63,502 bases of DNA, filler included, from Hausera hauseri (GCA_046269625.1; 11 parts of 11 records of this genome joined end to end with filler, not necessarily neighbours in it), one strand, 5' to 3'. Positions 24,691-38,802 are shown, numbered from the whole stretch's first letter. The notes: generated from the sequence alone by a model not told the origin. Made by a program: numbers and translations.

Positions 24691-27600
24691 TGTAATCCCA
24701 TCGATTTCAGATTTTGTAAAAACAAAGATGGCAATCCATTTTGCGTCCTAACGGTCAGTCAAGACGATCAAATTAAATGTGCAGAAGATTTGATTAATCT
24801 CATCACAGGAAAGATAGTTGGTGGTGTAACGTTGCGTCCACGCATTCTGGTCGATAAAGTGGTTGGCAATTCAAATTATATCGTTTTTCCTGAATCTGAA
24901 ACTGTCGATGATATGGTCAACACAACTCATTTCGAAAAGGGGTTTTATTTCGTTCAATTGTACACGGAACGTGGTTTGAACAATAACGTGGTGTTGTTTC
25001 TCAGAGATTTGTATCGGAATTATGAATTGAAACGGTTACCATCGCTGAATTTTGGTGAAATCGGGACGATCAATTGTTTGCCACGTTTTATTTCGATGAA
25101 GATCAGTTTCATCGTGTTCGGGTTTTGGATAAATCGGACTCATATCGGGTAAAGTTGATTGTTGCATTTTTATATCTTGGCTTTCTTTTAATGGATTAAT
25201 TTTTTTGCTTAATATTAAAGTGTATAGTTTATTTCAATTTTTGAAAATCAGGCAGTAAGTTTCTCTCAATATTACCTTTTCTTTTTCGTTTTGGAATAGT
25301 AATTTTCAAAATTGGGTAATTCTATTTTTAAAATCCCACAGGTCAAAGTCATGTTCATCGACTACGGTAACGAAGAATGGGTCACCGTTGATGATATCTA
25401 TCCAATCAGCAATAAACTCCGGGAAATACCTCCACTGGCTCACAAATGCACCATTGATGGTGTCGTTATCGTCGATCCGGAGCGTCACCAAATTGCGGCA
25501 GCAGACGTTCTCCACAAAAACATGAAAGCCAGTCTGGTAAAGGTATACGATTCGCAGCTGAAATCCGATCGTGTTGTGGCATTGGATTACACAGATTTCG
25601 CGTCGATTAGCTATCGGAGATATCTCGTCGGCGAAGGAATTGCCGAGCCGGTTCGATGCGAGAAAGTGACGAATAGCGTGGCTGTTGAACAAATTTCGAC
25701 ATTTGCCGATGAACTCGTCAATGGGCATTCGTCGCGTCAATGCACAGCAGTAATTACGCACATGGATAGTCTGACCGAATTCTATTTGCAACCGGATTTT
25801 GTTAGTAATAAGGCGAATTTGGATAAGGTATGTCAGTTGATTGATTCGGTAATGGAACATGATAGGTTGGTTGTAATGTTATTTATTGAATAAATTTGCT
25901 AAATACTCCAGAATCGATTTGGAATATTCCCGTGCAGATATTCGTTATTTAAGTCAATTCAGCGAAGATTGCAATTGGTATCGTTGCGAGGTTGTCAAGG
26001 ACAGATTTAGAAATGGTTACTGCATTGTGCGGTACATCGATTACGGGAATAGTGAACAAAAGACTGAGTTGTCTAGCCTGAAACCGCTGGTAAATAGAGT
26101 TAATGTTAATCAATGGTAATTCTGATGTTGTTCAGACAAAGGAATGGAATGCGGATGCTGATGCATTGGGGAAAATTGCGCCGTGTGCTGTCAGATGTAA
26201 ATTTGATGATGGGATGATGAGCCAGTTGAATGAACGTGGTGTGACGACTGCGGCATTTACTGAGATAATTAGTCAGACGAAAATGGTCAATGTGACTTAT
26301 ACAGAAGATGACGAATGGCAGGTTGGTGATGAATTTTTATCATGTAGAATTTGATGATGTCGGTGTAGGGATGGGTTATTCACGGAATGACGGTCGATGG
26401 GACTGATTTGTGGGGTGAGGTTGAGAAAACTGCTGCATCTGATGGAGGAATTGAGGAGTCTATACAGTACCGACTGACAAATATCGAGTCACCAGAACAA
26501 CTCTGGTTCCGTCTGGTAGACACACCGGATGAATCACGGAAATTGCAGCTGACTGCCATTGCCGAATGGATTGAACACGGTAGTCACGGTGAAGGGCACG
26601 TTCTGGCATTGGCGAAAGATGAATTGTACGGTGCTACGTTGGTAGATGGTAAACTGCACATGCGGTGTCGTATGATTTGCCGCAATATGAACAGAGTTGT
26701 CGTGCAAGATGTCGACACCGGTGTCTATCATATTGTCCCGCTGAAATCCCTTTTTTATCTGCCTGACGACATTTTGAAAATCGCTCCATTGGCATTGCAC
26801 GTGAGATTGGTACTAAAGAACATCCGTGTGCCGGAGGTGAGTCATATCCAATGATAATCGATAATCCAATGTAGAGAGAGGCCGAATTGAAAATGGAGAA
26901 GTTGCTGTCAATGAAAGACGTCCGTCTATTGTGGTGCGGTGAGGGGGAAATTAGTGACGTTATCGTGCGGGATTGTGGCAGTCTTGTCGACTATCTGACA
27001 AAATGCCGATGTATTCGTAACAGTACTCTCGATGATGATTGTCTCAATGATCTGCCGGAATGGCTGTTGCCTGTTGGCGAGGTCAGTGAAGTCGATTTCA
27101 ATTTACCCAGTATTGAACAATTGGCCGAATTACCAACGGAAATCAGTTATTTGAACGCTAAAGTGAAATTTGCCAGGAAAATGTTAAATAAACAAGGCCA
27201 ATGTGCGCTAGACGAATTGTGGTGTGTTGTCGACAATTGTGAATCAATTCGGGATTTGTGCATGAGTTGTGACAATGTCGAAACACTCTGTGACGATGTC
27301 GATAATTTATCAGACAAATTTGTCGATGCAGTTCGATCACCTAAAACGAAACCCAAAGATCTGGATTCGTTGATTAGCGGCAGGAAAATTCTCTGTGAAC
27401 AAATCATGTCACAACATCAGATCGTTGAGTCGTTGTTGTTGACATTTCCATACGAATCCGTTGTCCAGTTACGAGACGGCATCCATCGGATGAACACGTG
27501 CATCACCGGCATGCTCACCGTGTTCAACGGCACTACCGACGGATGTTTCCCTGCAGAAATTGACATTCGTACAGTCCAGTCGCAGGTCAATGCATACCGG

Positions 27601-29209
27601 GACAGTGATGAGTACGATCACCTGTGCAGCGAATTAGTGCCGTTGCGCCAGGCAACGGATTCGATGATGGCGACGTATCGCGGTGTTGTTGACCAAATGT
27701 GCCGTGACTACGATATCGGTGATCCATTTCCAGATAGAACTGACAGTACACCACTCATTGATGCAACATTCAAATTACAATCGATGCTATCGACTGAGAT
27801 GCAGAAGGTGCTCGACGTCATGGCACAACAGAATGTCGTTGCCAAATACAACATCGTCAATGTGCTGCTTAACGCCCATTGTTATCTGATGAGGCAGACA
27901 ACTATCGTTGATAGGCTGCTCACTGATTTGGGCAAATTGAAGAATCTCCGGCAGTTCTGTGAACTTCTGTTGCAGACGGACAATGATCTGATAAACAAGA
28001 TTGACGAGAATAACAAGGCAATCCTCGGACATCGATCTGTATTGCGGCATGCCGTGCCGGATCTAGAGGATGCTGAGGAATTGGACCTGCGTGATCGAAT
28101 GAAAGAACTGACGGAAAAGATCAATAAAGCACGGTTGCATATTCATAAATGTCTGCAGATGTCCAGTGAACTCATCGGTGGGTATTTTCCATTTTCTATC
28201 TTTATCATGCGCATATCCAGATGATGATGCTCGACAAGTGATGCTGCGTAAACCGGAATTGCAATTGAAGAATCAATCGGTGTTCTATGCCGATAACGGA
28301 TCACCGATATTCACATGGGATGCGATTTATTTTGATTTGTCTCAATTTGAGGTGCCATCTCAGCCATTCCCATCATCATTCGGTGGGAATGATGTTGTCA
28401 TTAGGAAAATTCAAGTGGCTGTCGACAATTTCAGGTCGGTCTTATCAAATGTTAGTGTTTATTGTCAACTGTTCAACGAGCGCAATGACAGCAGCCGCGT
28501 GAGTCCTTTGCGGATCTTCTACGCTTTCTTGTCTCGCACTGAGAACAACACAATTTACCTCATTCTACCGCCATGTGCCCATCTCCAGCAACTGCCACGT
28601 GACTTATTCAAATCATTGTCTCTTGTCGTCCATTTCTTCGAACGAGCCATCGAGTTAGTGACAGTTATGTGGCATCATGGATTTATTTATTGCCAAACGG
28701 ACATCGATGACGGCATCGTACTCCATATGCAGCACCAGTTTCCAGCATCGATGGCGTTACCGTTGCCATTGACATCGCTTGTCTATCGGGAACAGTTGAA
28801 ATGCGAGACGATCAATGTTTGTCTTTCTCATCTCGGGAAATTGTTCTTGGATGCTCTGGACAATGTTGAGGGGTTGATCGATCGGGATGGGGAAGTTAGA
28901 GAGTTGGCCAAATCGATTGCTACTTGTCAGGACGTGGAACAGGCTGAGTATTTCGTTGAGCGGCTGAAATTATGCGGCAGTTTTCTCGCAGTGCCCGATA
29001 ATAGGGATTGTTCGGGTAATGAGAATGAATCATCGATTGAACAGGTTAAGGAGGATGAGGTGGTGGAGAATGTTGAAAATGGGTTGAGTGGGGATACGGG
29101 AGATGAGTCGGGTGGGGGTGCCGTTATTTGCGGTGTAGATGCCAAAAATTATAGTGAGTCGTTACCAGTCACCAATGACGATGACGACGAATCATCAGAG
29201 TTAGAGTGA
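24691..29209 (+). CDS. STK31/TDRD8-like protein (RRM-like, multiple Tudor domains, coiled region, pseudokinase), 5'-partial, spliced
   Basis: Exons 24691-25148, 25342-25865, 25912-26089, 26136-26321, 26369-26836, 26875-28177 and 28221-29209 join in frame across GT-AG introns of 193, 46, 46, 47, 38 and 43 nt. Tudor motifs VKVMFIDYGN, WYRCEV..VRYIDYGNSE, VQDVDTG. The C-terminus resembles the STK31 kinase-like domain (PLRIFYAFLSR..IYLILP). One frameshift at ~25061. Confidence 0.8.
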
Positions 29210-30104
29210 AATATTTGTATTATACTGCAGCTGCATTTAATGTTTTGATGTTCACATTTTCGAAGAATAAACCGTAGACTTTTTAATTGGGTTGCGCATA
29301 ACCTTATGGTATGCTTTTATAATTTTCCATAAAATTAATTCAACTAATGAACATCTGTCACTTAAAAATTCGATAGATTTCAGATGTAGGAATAGAAATG
29401 ATGAATCAATTGCAAATATGAAATGCTTTTTGACAGTTGACAAATTTATAATATTCAGGAAGTACAGAGGAATTACGAATACTAAAACTGAATTAAACCA
29501 CTCATTTATCGTCATTTGATGGATAAGGGAAGGTCGATGGCAATACATATGCTGAAAATGCGATGCAGATTTTTCTGTAATCATCATTGCTAGCTACACT
29601 TGTGGCTTGAATAGATTGCGTAATAACATCTGAAGGATATTCGGTTGTTACCACCGTTTTGCCAATGTTGATGTAGTCGACTACAGTTTTGGGTAATTTG
29701 GCGTATTAAAGGCATGGTATAAGCGGTAAAAATATACATTTCATTATCTACCAACAGTCGAACAACATTCAATCACCTATACAATGGTGGCAATATCATC
29801 AACAGACAATACAAAACCAGCACATTAGAAGGCATTAGTAATCATTGTGGACATGTTTGTTAAAATAAAAACGATGCTGAATATTTCATAACCGGCCTAG
29901 ACTGTATGGAGAACAAAAGTAATTTTAATAACAGGATGTAAAAGTTTTGCCGTCCTATGCTATTGTGAGCAGATATTCAGTTGAATGTGTTGCATTTTTG
30001 AAATACATCAGTGGATAAATGCTGATTCCGCCTCAGCCCTTAGGGAGGGGGGCTAAGGCATAACGGGCATTTCATTCAAGGTGGTTTGATAAAGACACAA
30101 TGTG

Positions 30105-30830
30105 GCTGTTCTCATATTCTTCCCTTCCACTATTTCATAGTCTAGCTTCTATCTTCATGTTGCCGACGCATCCATATCATACAGTACGCATGCTTGTGTG
30201 TATCACTAAAAAGTCAATATTTCCTATTTTTACCTATTAATCATACCAACAACACATAAATGAACCGCGTTTATTTTAGTCATTAAGAATCGATATTCTC
30301 ACGATCTGCATCTTCTCATATCCTTCCTTCTGACATGTCCAACACTTTAATCCATTTATTTCGTCGTATACTTGGCTTCATGTTGTCAGCGCATCCGCAC
30401 AATGCAATACACCTGATTGTATGCATCACTTTTGAAAGTCAATATTTCATATTTCCACCTATTAATCATGAATGTGTGTATTGTTTTAGTTCACCGGAAA
30501 CCCATCTATGAACCACATAGTCAGTAAGAGGAAAATGCAAGGAAATGCAGTATTTACTCCAATCAAATTTCGTAAGATATTTAATCTAAACAAATTTGAC
30601 GAGTGTAACCGAATGGGTATTTCCTCCGATAATTGTTCCTAAGAATTGTAAACAAAGTTGGTGTAAAATTTGAAATTTTAAAACTCTTAAACTCATTTGA
30701 ATCCATGTAGTCTCGTGCGTGTGAGTATCACTTTGATAACTGTGTGACTCCTATCTACGCCTAATTAAACATGCGTGTGTGTATCGTTCTAGCTTGCCTA
30801 CATTCCATCTATGAACCACATCGATTTGAG
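30105..30830 (+). repeat. Cluster of the dispersed repeat: two tandem subunits (30105-30245, 30310-30470) and copy 2 (30700-30830)
   Basis: TTCTCATAT...CTTCATGTTG..GCATCC...ATCACT..AAAGTCAATATTTC..ACCTATTAATCAT occurs twice; the last segment matches 15797 and 63063. Confidence 0.7.
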
Positions 30831-30944
30831 TCAGTAGGGGAAAAATGGCGATTCTGCCCCACCATCGTGGGTGTCCGCCTCGATAAATCGATAATGCACA
30901 TGTGCTAATCTATAATGCACGGGGTAGTATGCCTGTGGACGGTC

Positions 30945-31430
30945 ATTAGATTCTTCGAATAATGCATGCTTTACCGAATATTCGAGTTCGAACAGCTAAT
31001 TATTCAAATTGTGAGCTCGAATTCGAATATCTANNNNNNNNNNCCGATTCGACGTACATGACTTCCTCTCCCGCCACGCTTATAGATTTATTGATTTCCG
31101 CTTTACCGGGCTTTAAATTCACATTTTGTTTAATAATAAATATTGATTTTGTATCTATATAGTACATTTTCATAGAATAATTTTTATGCATAGGGGATTT
31201 TCGAATATGAGGAATCGATTCCCGCTGTTAGATTTTTCGAATAGTTCGAACTTCGATATTTCGGCTCGAAAATATTCGAATATTTGATTCGAGATTGCCA
31301 CGCTAATTATAATATCGAATTTTTTTCCTTTTGGACCTAAAAAACTTATGGGTAACTGTCCCAGTTGCATTTATCGATTAGTTTTCGAAGAATATCGATC
31401 CAAAATACAACTGGGACAGATACCCATGAA
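30945..31430. repeat. TTCGAA-rich repeat, probably a non-autonomous DNA transposon remnant, with a 25-bp inverted repeat
   Basis: Many TTCGAA/ATTCGA motifs; arms 31348-31372 and 31403-31427 match at 23/25. Confidence 0.55.
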
Positions 31431-32592
31431 TAAATTCAAAATTAACTGTTTGTCAAATTTATATTTTCTTTAATTACCAATTCCNNNNNNNNNNNNNNNN
31501 NNNNNNNNNNNNNNNNNNNNNNNNNNNNTTAATTAATTAANNNNNNNNNNNNNNNNNNNNNNNNNNNNNNNNNNNNNNNNNNNNCTGACTACAAAAACAG
31601 CTTTACTTTGACGACATACTTCTGGGAAAATGAAAATATAGCACATGCCGGATGACGAATATATTCGGGATGAACGCTTAAGTGGTTAAAGGAGCGCATT
31701 TGTTTAATAGTCAGCAAATACGTGTAAAAGTAAAAAAATGAAGATAAGATTTACAGAATCCACAGAATCCTCCCTCTGATGCAGCCAACCAAAATGGTTT
31801 ATGGCTGTTAATGCGTCAGAAGGACCAGTGGGAATTTATTGAAAATTCCAGAGTGTTACAGAATGTCAATCAAGTGTCGATTGAGTACAGATGTGCTACT
31901 AAGGTGTTGAGAACATTTCAGTAATAGTTACAAGGATTGCTTGGATATAACAAATACAATGAGAGACATAGGATATTTACAATAGAGACAAAGACTGTTG
32001 AATATGATAAACTGTCGTGTAAGTCAGCTCAATTTAACCCAAGAATGAAACACGCTATCAAAAAGCTTGTCAGAAAGTTCACTATGAAAATAGTTAAGCA
32101 ACAGAAGGAGCTGTAGGTAGTCATTATTTTAAGGTAAAATAAAGAAATAATAATAATAATAAAAACAGAAATACAGAAACCTCCAACATGGGCTGCCAAC
32201 CTGAAGGATTGTAGCACAGTGTGCCCATGCTGGCCTATGTATTTCCACTACTCCGCTCCGCCACAGCCAAGGTAGGGGAAAGACGGAATCAGTGGAATTA
32301 TTTTGAAGCTATAAAAGTTTTACAAATTATATATATACAGACAATTATAATAAGACAAGTGTGAAGGTTGAACAGAGATATGATGAGGTATTATGATTAG
32401 TACAATGGTGGAAGAACTTGAGTAACTATATAGAAGATTGTCACATAATATGAAAAATACAATAGATAAGATTATATACAACTACTCAAGGGTAGTATCG
32501 GAGGTCAACCCAAGTCACAATGAAACAAGTCTAAAAACTGTCACTTTGAAGAGAGTTAAACTTTCAGTTAACTTTGATCGACTTTTAAAACA

Positions 32593-35500
32593 TCAGTCAT
32601 CCTCGTCAGACACCGGTGGGTCAATTGAAAGTGAAGAGATGGATTGAAAATTTTCCTGAAATCTTTCTATATGACTTATACAAGTAATTATTTTTTGTTG
32701 TAGTAAGGCTGTGGAACATATTAAAGAGGCCCAGGCACTGTCCGCCACTGCAGAAGATTTCCTAATATGATAAAAGGTTGTAAAGGGACATGTTAAGTAG
32801 TGAAGGGAATCTCCGTAATCACCACAGGAGCAGGCCGAACATGGGGCACGGTTGAATTTGGATAGATAAGACGGGAACGGGCCGTGGTTGGAAAAAAATA
32901 TATAGAGATTTCTGTGGAAAAGTAGACGATCTTTGGAGACTGTTGGAAAAAAGCGATATGTGTAACGACCTGGAGATGTAGGATCTTCCCAACGTTCTTG
33001 CCAGGATGTTAAAAGTTTTTGATTGAGTTTCTTCTTTAAGGCCGATGGGGGAAGTGGAAGTAGGATGTCTGGCGAGGAGGAGAGATTGGAGGCTGCTGTT
33101 TTTGCCAAAGAGTCGGCCAGTTCATTTCCTCGTATCTCTGCATGTGCCTTCACCCAGTGAAAACCAATTTGTTTGGTGGTGGAGTTTATAAGCGTTAGAA
33201 TTTCAATAGCTAAAGGATTGCAATTTTGTAAGTTTTGGAGGATGAAGATACTAGAGAGGCTGTCCGTAAGAAGAATTACCGAAGAGTATTGCGAATTGAG
33301 AAACCAAATGAGGGAATGAAGTATTGCTGCCAATTCGGCCTGAAAGATTGAATTCTCCGATTTAAGAGCGAAACTATTTGTAAAAATTAGATCGTTGTTG
33401 TAAAAGACACAGAAGGCAGAGCCTGTGCCCGTAAGTAGGTGAGAGCCATCTGTATAAATTTGAAGGGGATATGAAGCAAAATCAGAATCTATTGTTATGA
33501 GTCGGGAAGAGGGATGCAGTGAATAACGTGAGGGTTTTGGGGCATATTCATTAGCTGTTATGGAGAGGTTTTGAAAACTATAGTTTTGGCGAAATCTGTA
33601 AGGAAGGGCAAAACCTATTTCTTTGTTAATTGTTAAATCAAGTGGAGGGATTCCTGTCATGACCTGTAGCGCTAATGTTGAGGTTTTCCTGTAGGCCCGT
33701 GAAACCAATAGAAGAGATTGGCGTTGTATGGTGAGTAGTAGTTGATGACCAGGATGTTGGGGTAATGTCGGGAACCAGACGGTCACTGCATAGACTATTA
33801 TCCTCTCTATAGCTGCGGTGTACCATGTTTTTAATATTGTTGGGGAAACTCCTCCATTGATTGAGGCGAATTTGTATAGGTTTTGTATCAAGTTATGCGT
33901 TTGTAATCGTTTTGAAGTAAGGTGGGGAATCCATGAAAGTGATTGATGCAGCGTGACTCCTAGATAAAGTAATTGAGTTTCTATTTTTATGGAGTGACCA
34001 TTTATTTTAAGAGTCGGGGGGCGATGTAAATAAGTATTGGTTGTAATAGGATGATGTCTTTGGCGTCTACGTGAGTTAATGGGTGGTTTACCATGACGGG
34101 GGAAAATTATCGCTTTAGTTTTATCATATGAAATTGAAATCTTAGTATTGATTGCCCAAAGAGAAATTTGCTGAAGAGCTGCATTCGTATTGGTCTCAGG
34201 GGCCTGTCTGGTCGCACCCCAGGAGATCAAAAGAAGATCATCCGCGTATGCTATTAGAGTGGAATTTAAGGAAGAGAAAGTTTTCAGTAAAGAATTTAAA
34301 TATATTTTCCATAAGAAAGGGCCAAGACAGGAACCCTGTGGACAGCCTTTATTAAAGTGAATCAATTCATCTGGGTGAAGCCAATCAAATATTGCAGAAC
34401 GGTTCGAGAGAAAAGACGAAACCACATTGAGGAGTTCCTGGGGAAGATTTAATGTATACAAAAGTAATTTTGTATGAGACCAAGGAAGGTTGTCAAAAGC
34501 GTTCTTAAAATCAATAGAGACCGCTGAGGAGTATTGGAAATTTTGTTTTGCTTTGTTAATAAACTTAAGTGCCGTATGAATTGCTTGATCATATGAATTT
34601 TTAACTGTAAAGCCAAATTGAGAGGGGTGAATTTGATCCGAGGTGAGAAGATGATGTTCTATGCGGTTTAATATTAATTTTTCATAAATTTTGCCGAAGA
34701 TTGGGAGGAGGGTGATTGGCCGATAGGAACTCTCTAATGTGGGATCCTTTCCTTGTTTTTTAAATAGCACGATCTCGCCTTTCTTCCATTGAGAAGGAAA
34801 ATAATTAAGTTGAAAAAGGGCATTATAAAGATGGGTAAAAAAATGCTGATTATATTGAAAGAGTGCTCGAATTATGTGGTTATCTATTTCATCTGGTCCC
34901 GGAGCTTTATTCTTGCGGAAGGAAAATATAGCTTGTTTTATTTCTGTGTTCGTGAATAATTGGGTCGGTGGGGAAAAATTAAATTGAAGTGGGAGAGGTT
35001 CTTCAGGGTTGTTACCAAATATGGACTGGAGAATAAATTTTTGCGTTGATGAGGGGGAAATTACTTCGTCTATGGGTAGGTTAGTAAGGGTTTGTTGGTC
35101 ATGAGTAACGCATTTTTGAAAGGCTAGCTTCTGTAATGGGCCAAAGGCCGAGACCGTGCGGGAACAAAAGGTGTGCCAGGACCTGCACTTTGCCTGAAGG
35201 ATCGCTTTTTTATATAGAGCTCGGTATTTAGTATAATTTAATTTTGATTGGGGTGACTGCAGGCGTTTATATGTGCGATATAAGGCTTTGAGTCTGTTTC
35301 TCTGTGCATGTAACTCTGTTGTCCACCAGGTGATTTTAGGGGTGTGATATGCATTTCTCTTTTTAAGAAATTTAGTTCAGTTCTTTATTAAAATATTTTG
35401 AAATTGCGAAAGTTGGTGTTCTATTGCCGAGGGAGAATCACAGGCGGTTAAAGGTAAAGGAATGTAAATCTTTGGATAAGGAGTGCAATAGGTTTGTCAT

Positions 35501-35634
35501 CGGTACATTTTTAGATCTAAAACGACGACGCGGTAGTGGGACAATAGGGGAGGTAATGTTAATAGTAATCAGTCGGTGGTCGGCAAAGGTCAGGTCACTA
35601 TCAACTATCCAAGATGAGGCACGAGGAAATAGAT
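32593..35634 (-). mobile_element. R1-like non-LTR retrotransposon ORF2 (end of APE endonuclease, RT, RNase H, CCHC), near intact
   Basis: ADHRLI, KAPGPD, YRPITLLP, DFKNAFD, GCPQGSCLGPFLW, AYADD, YLGV, AYRKTSTLALQVMTGIPPLDL, IYTDGS, FQAELAAI, HWVKAH, CSCG...H...CP. The 725-aa ORF is open and the frame extends upstream. Confidence 0.93.
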
Positions 35635-35749
35635 NNNNNNNNNNNNNNNNNNNNNNNNNNNNNNNNNNNNNNNNNNNNTTAATTAATTAANNNNNNNNNN
35701 NNNNNNNNNNNNNNNNNNNNNNNNNNNNNNNNNNCTAGACGATCAACTC

Positions 35750-35990
35750 AGAAGAAAGTTATTATTAGTTTGCTCAAACCGACAAAATACGAACGAATAG
35801 TCAAACAGTTAGAGGCTTTCGTTGTTGACTGTGCTGATGAAGCAATACATTTTGTTACCGATCAAGTCTACTGTTCCATCAGATTCGTCTTGCTTAGAAA
35901 GATGTCTGCCGATTGTGACGTGGACCTAGCTGGATAATTCAAAGCAGCTTCGTTATTTTCAAGACAACCAAAGATACATTGTTAAAACTA
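35750..35990 (+). pseudogene. MDC1/PTIP-like BRCT domain fragment
   Basis: KKVIISL..ERIVKQLEAFVVDCADEAIHFVTDQV..IRF / CLERCLPIVTWT*LDNSKQLRYFQD..YIV, with one frameshift and one stop at the conserved W. Confidence 0.7.
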
Positions 35991-35998
35991 ACAGCAAA

Positions 35999-38802
35999 TT
36001 GAACAATGTTAACATTGAAAAGAGCATCGCAATTGCAAACCCTGTAACACAAAGCCAACCTGGGCCATATCAGTTTGTTTTAAACCCGAGTTTGATGTTC
36101 CCTATGCAGAACAGCGTTTCGAATGCGCGAACTGTTCCGGCGGTGACGAACGTTACTCAGAATACGCAACAGGAAACATCCCAAGCTGTTAATTTACCAT
36201 CATCAAATCTACCGAACTCTTCCGAAGCCACATAATCAAGCACCTATTCGTCAAGTGCAGTACATTTCAACACCGGGTCCAACAACAATTCGAAAGCAAT
36301 TCAAGCCACCAAATACGGAAAAAACAATCCGAAACCGAGAACTTCACGGAAATCAACAAAACCTTCGCAAACCGTCGTTGTAAAAGAACCATGAAGTCAG
36401 GATAGAGTAAATTTGGCATGGGATTTAGTTAATTCAATGCAGCCACAAATGGATGCTGAGCAAGACGATTCTCAATTGTTTTCGAACGATGGTCGGCTGT
36501 TTGACGAAGGATTCGACTTTAATCTGCTTGATATGACATACACACCTGCGAATTCCACTATGTCCGCCAAGATAATTTGTTCGGGCGTGGGACCGCTTAT
36601 ACAGTTATTGCCTGTTAGGGAGTTACCACTGTTAACTTACCAGCTTTGGAAAATGCTATTTCATCGATAAAATTGATACCCATTAAACCCATCATTGTTT
36701 CTCGCCAATCTGTTCCGTCTGATCCGTACTGGGTTGGTTTAACTGCAGGAAAAAGCCGTACGGTTCAGTTACTCTGTGCGCATTTAGGACGTTACCGTCA
36801 GGTCCACTGCCGCCGATACTGAAATATCTGCTACCAACTGAATCAGCTGAATCACTGTCTGTTTGTACTGAGCATAAGGATTTGAACGAAAATGACTTAT
36901 TTTGTGATATTAGCCCTGTTAAAGGAGATCCGGTACATTTAGCTCATTTGGATCGTTTGTTGGAAAGTTACCAGCCGCGCAGTGAATGTCTAAGTGGCTG
37001 TGGTAGTCCGATTGTCATGGAGCCCGTGTATGAATAAAAGATGCAGCGAATGTTACCGTTCTAAATGCTCTTATCTCAGGATCATTTGCAATTGCAGGAT
37101 TTTCTAAATACGGTTGCAAATACGTCTCGGTTGCGTAAGAGCAAACACAAAGGCAAATGGGTTAATCATGGCAGTCCTGTCAAGTATTCACGCATAATTG
37201 AAGTTCCATCTGCTATGATGGAAAGGAAAGAAAAGTCTATCCTCAAGAAGTGTACATATAAAGAAATTGGTGGTTTATTATTGAAAATTAGTAATCCGCT
37301 TAAGAGTCGAAATAAAAAGAAATGTGAAAAGATCGACAAAATTCGTGAACAAAACCATGGACAAGTATATTTGGCTACGGAATTTAGCTACCAAGAAACG
37401 ACGAAGACAGTCTGTACTCACTACGAATCAACTGCCAAGATTCTGCCGCAGTTAGAAATTGTTGAGTCTACCATCAAAAAGATCACCAAAGCCTGCTCGT
37501 CGATTGCGTCAAAAGCCACTGGCACCACCACGGCTCCAGAAACCGGAAAAATTGCCAAGGGAAACAAACTCAAAGCGCATTTTCTGTACAAGAAAAGAAG
37601 ATCGCCGTAGAAGTGCAATAGCAGTATCAACAGAAGTAAAATCAAGACGCGTTCGGCAGCTGCGGTCGCCAACTAAAAACAAGAAAGTCGGTCTATTGTT
37701 TGTGGAAAATCCTCCATTAATACTAAAGCTTTCTTCGAAACGAGCACAGTCACAAAAATTCGAGTCCCCGCCGCCGTCCAAATCGACCGGTAGCATAAAG
37801 TTACGACTGAAGCGTACTCAGGAAATATCAACTGTGACAAAGACAGAACAAGATGACAATGCATTAGAATACAGTCAGATCCCTATAACGTTAGCACCTC
37901 CGGTGCAGCCTTGACAACGCTCCTAGCACGCTGTTTTACAGTTTAGTCCGGCTCAGTCAAGTTCCGACAGTGAATCGGGTGCAGCGCACAATGAAATATG
38001 CAGTCTTTTGCAGCATTAAGAAAAGCGAGAACCCCTCGAGTCGATTTTGATTGATCAGGGCTGTTCGTTTTCTCAATTGCCCGCTCCGTATCTAGTGGGC
38101 ACTGATCCCACCGTGTTCATGGATCCTCACGAGATTGATTTGGTACTTGTCAAGAACGCCAGGTACAAAAAAGTATGCAACGCCGCAGCAGATGCTCGAA
38201 AAGCGCCAGTAGACGTCATGTCTGATAATGTCTCTGGCGAAATGTTCATGTCCGGTTGTGATGTTGATCAGGAAAAAGCCAGTTTATTTTGTCATCATTC
38301 ATGCCCATCGATGCCAGTTCTAGCTCCGCAGGAACCGCATTCTTGTACTGATAATGTGATCAAAGCAACTAGTACGTTCGGTTATGGCCAGACTGTGTCC
38401 AACCAAAATTCCCAGCCCTTCTCAGATCCACCATACCGTGTTCAACAATCGCCGCTGTGCATGGTTGCAACGTCCCAGTCGAATCAGTATACTTCCCAAT
38501 CACCGTTCTGCCAAAAACAGCAGCCACAACAGGATCAGAACTACCACTATCCGTCTAATGGAGGATACAATTACTCGTCTCAGCCCACGGGCCAAATGCA
38601 CCCTTTACCCATCTTCTCTAGCGCAGCAAGTTCCACTCAACTGCAGGACTATTCGTACTTTCAAAGTGGTGCGCAACAATCAGTGCAGTCTCATTCTTCT
38701 TCCTGCGATCCGTTTTCATTTTCAATGCCGACTGCCACCTCCATTTATCAGTCGTTCGAATCTTATGTGTCTAAATCTACCAAAAAACAAACGGTCATCT
38801 AG
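35999..38802 (+). pseudogene. Long decayed low-complexity coding region (S/Q/P-rich, basic patches) following the BRCT
   Basis: Chain of same-strand ORFs (35999, 36413, 37065, 37459, 38047) separated by stops/frameshifts; no recognisable family. Confidence 0.35.

Noticed and set aside
25306-25860. Long antisense ORFs over the Tudor gene and retroelements
   Set aside because: Shadows of the real coding strand.
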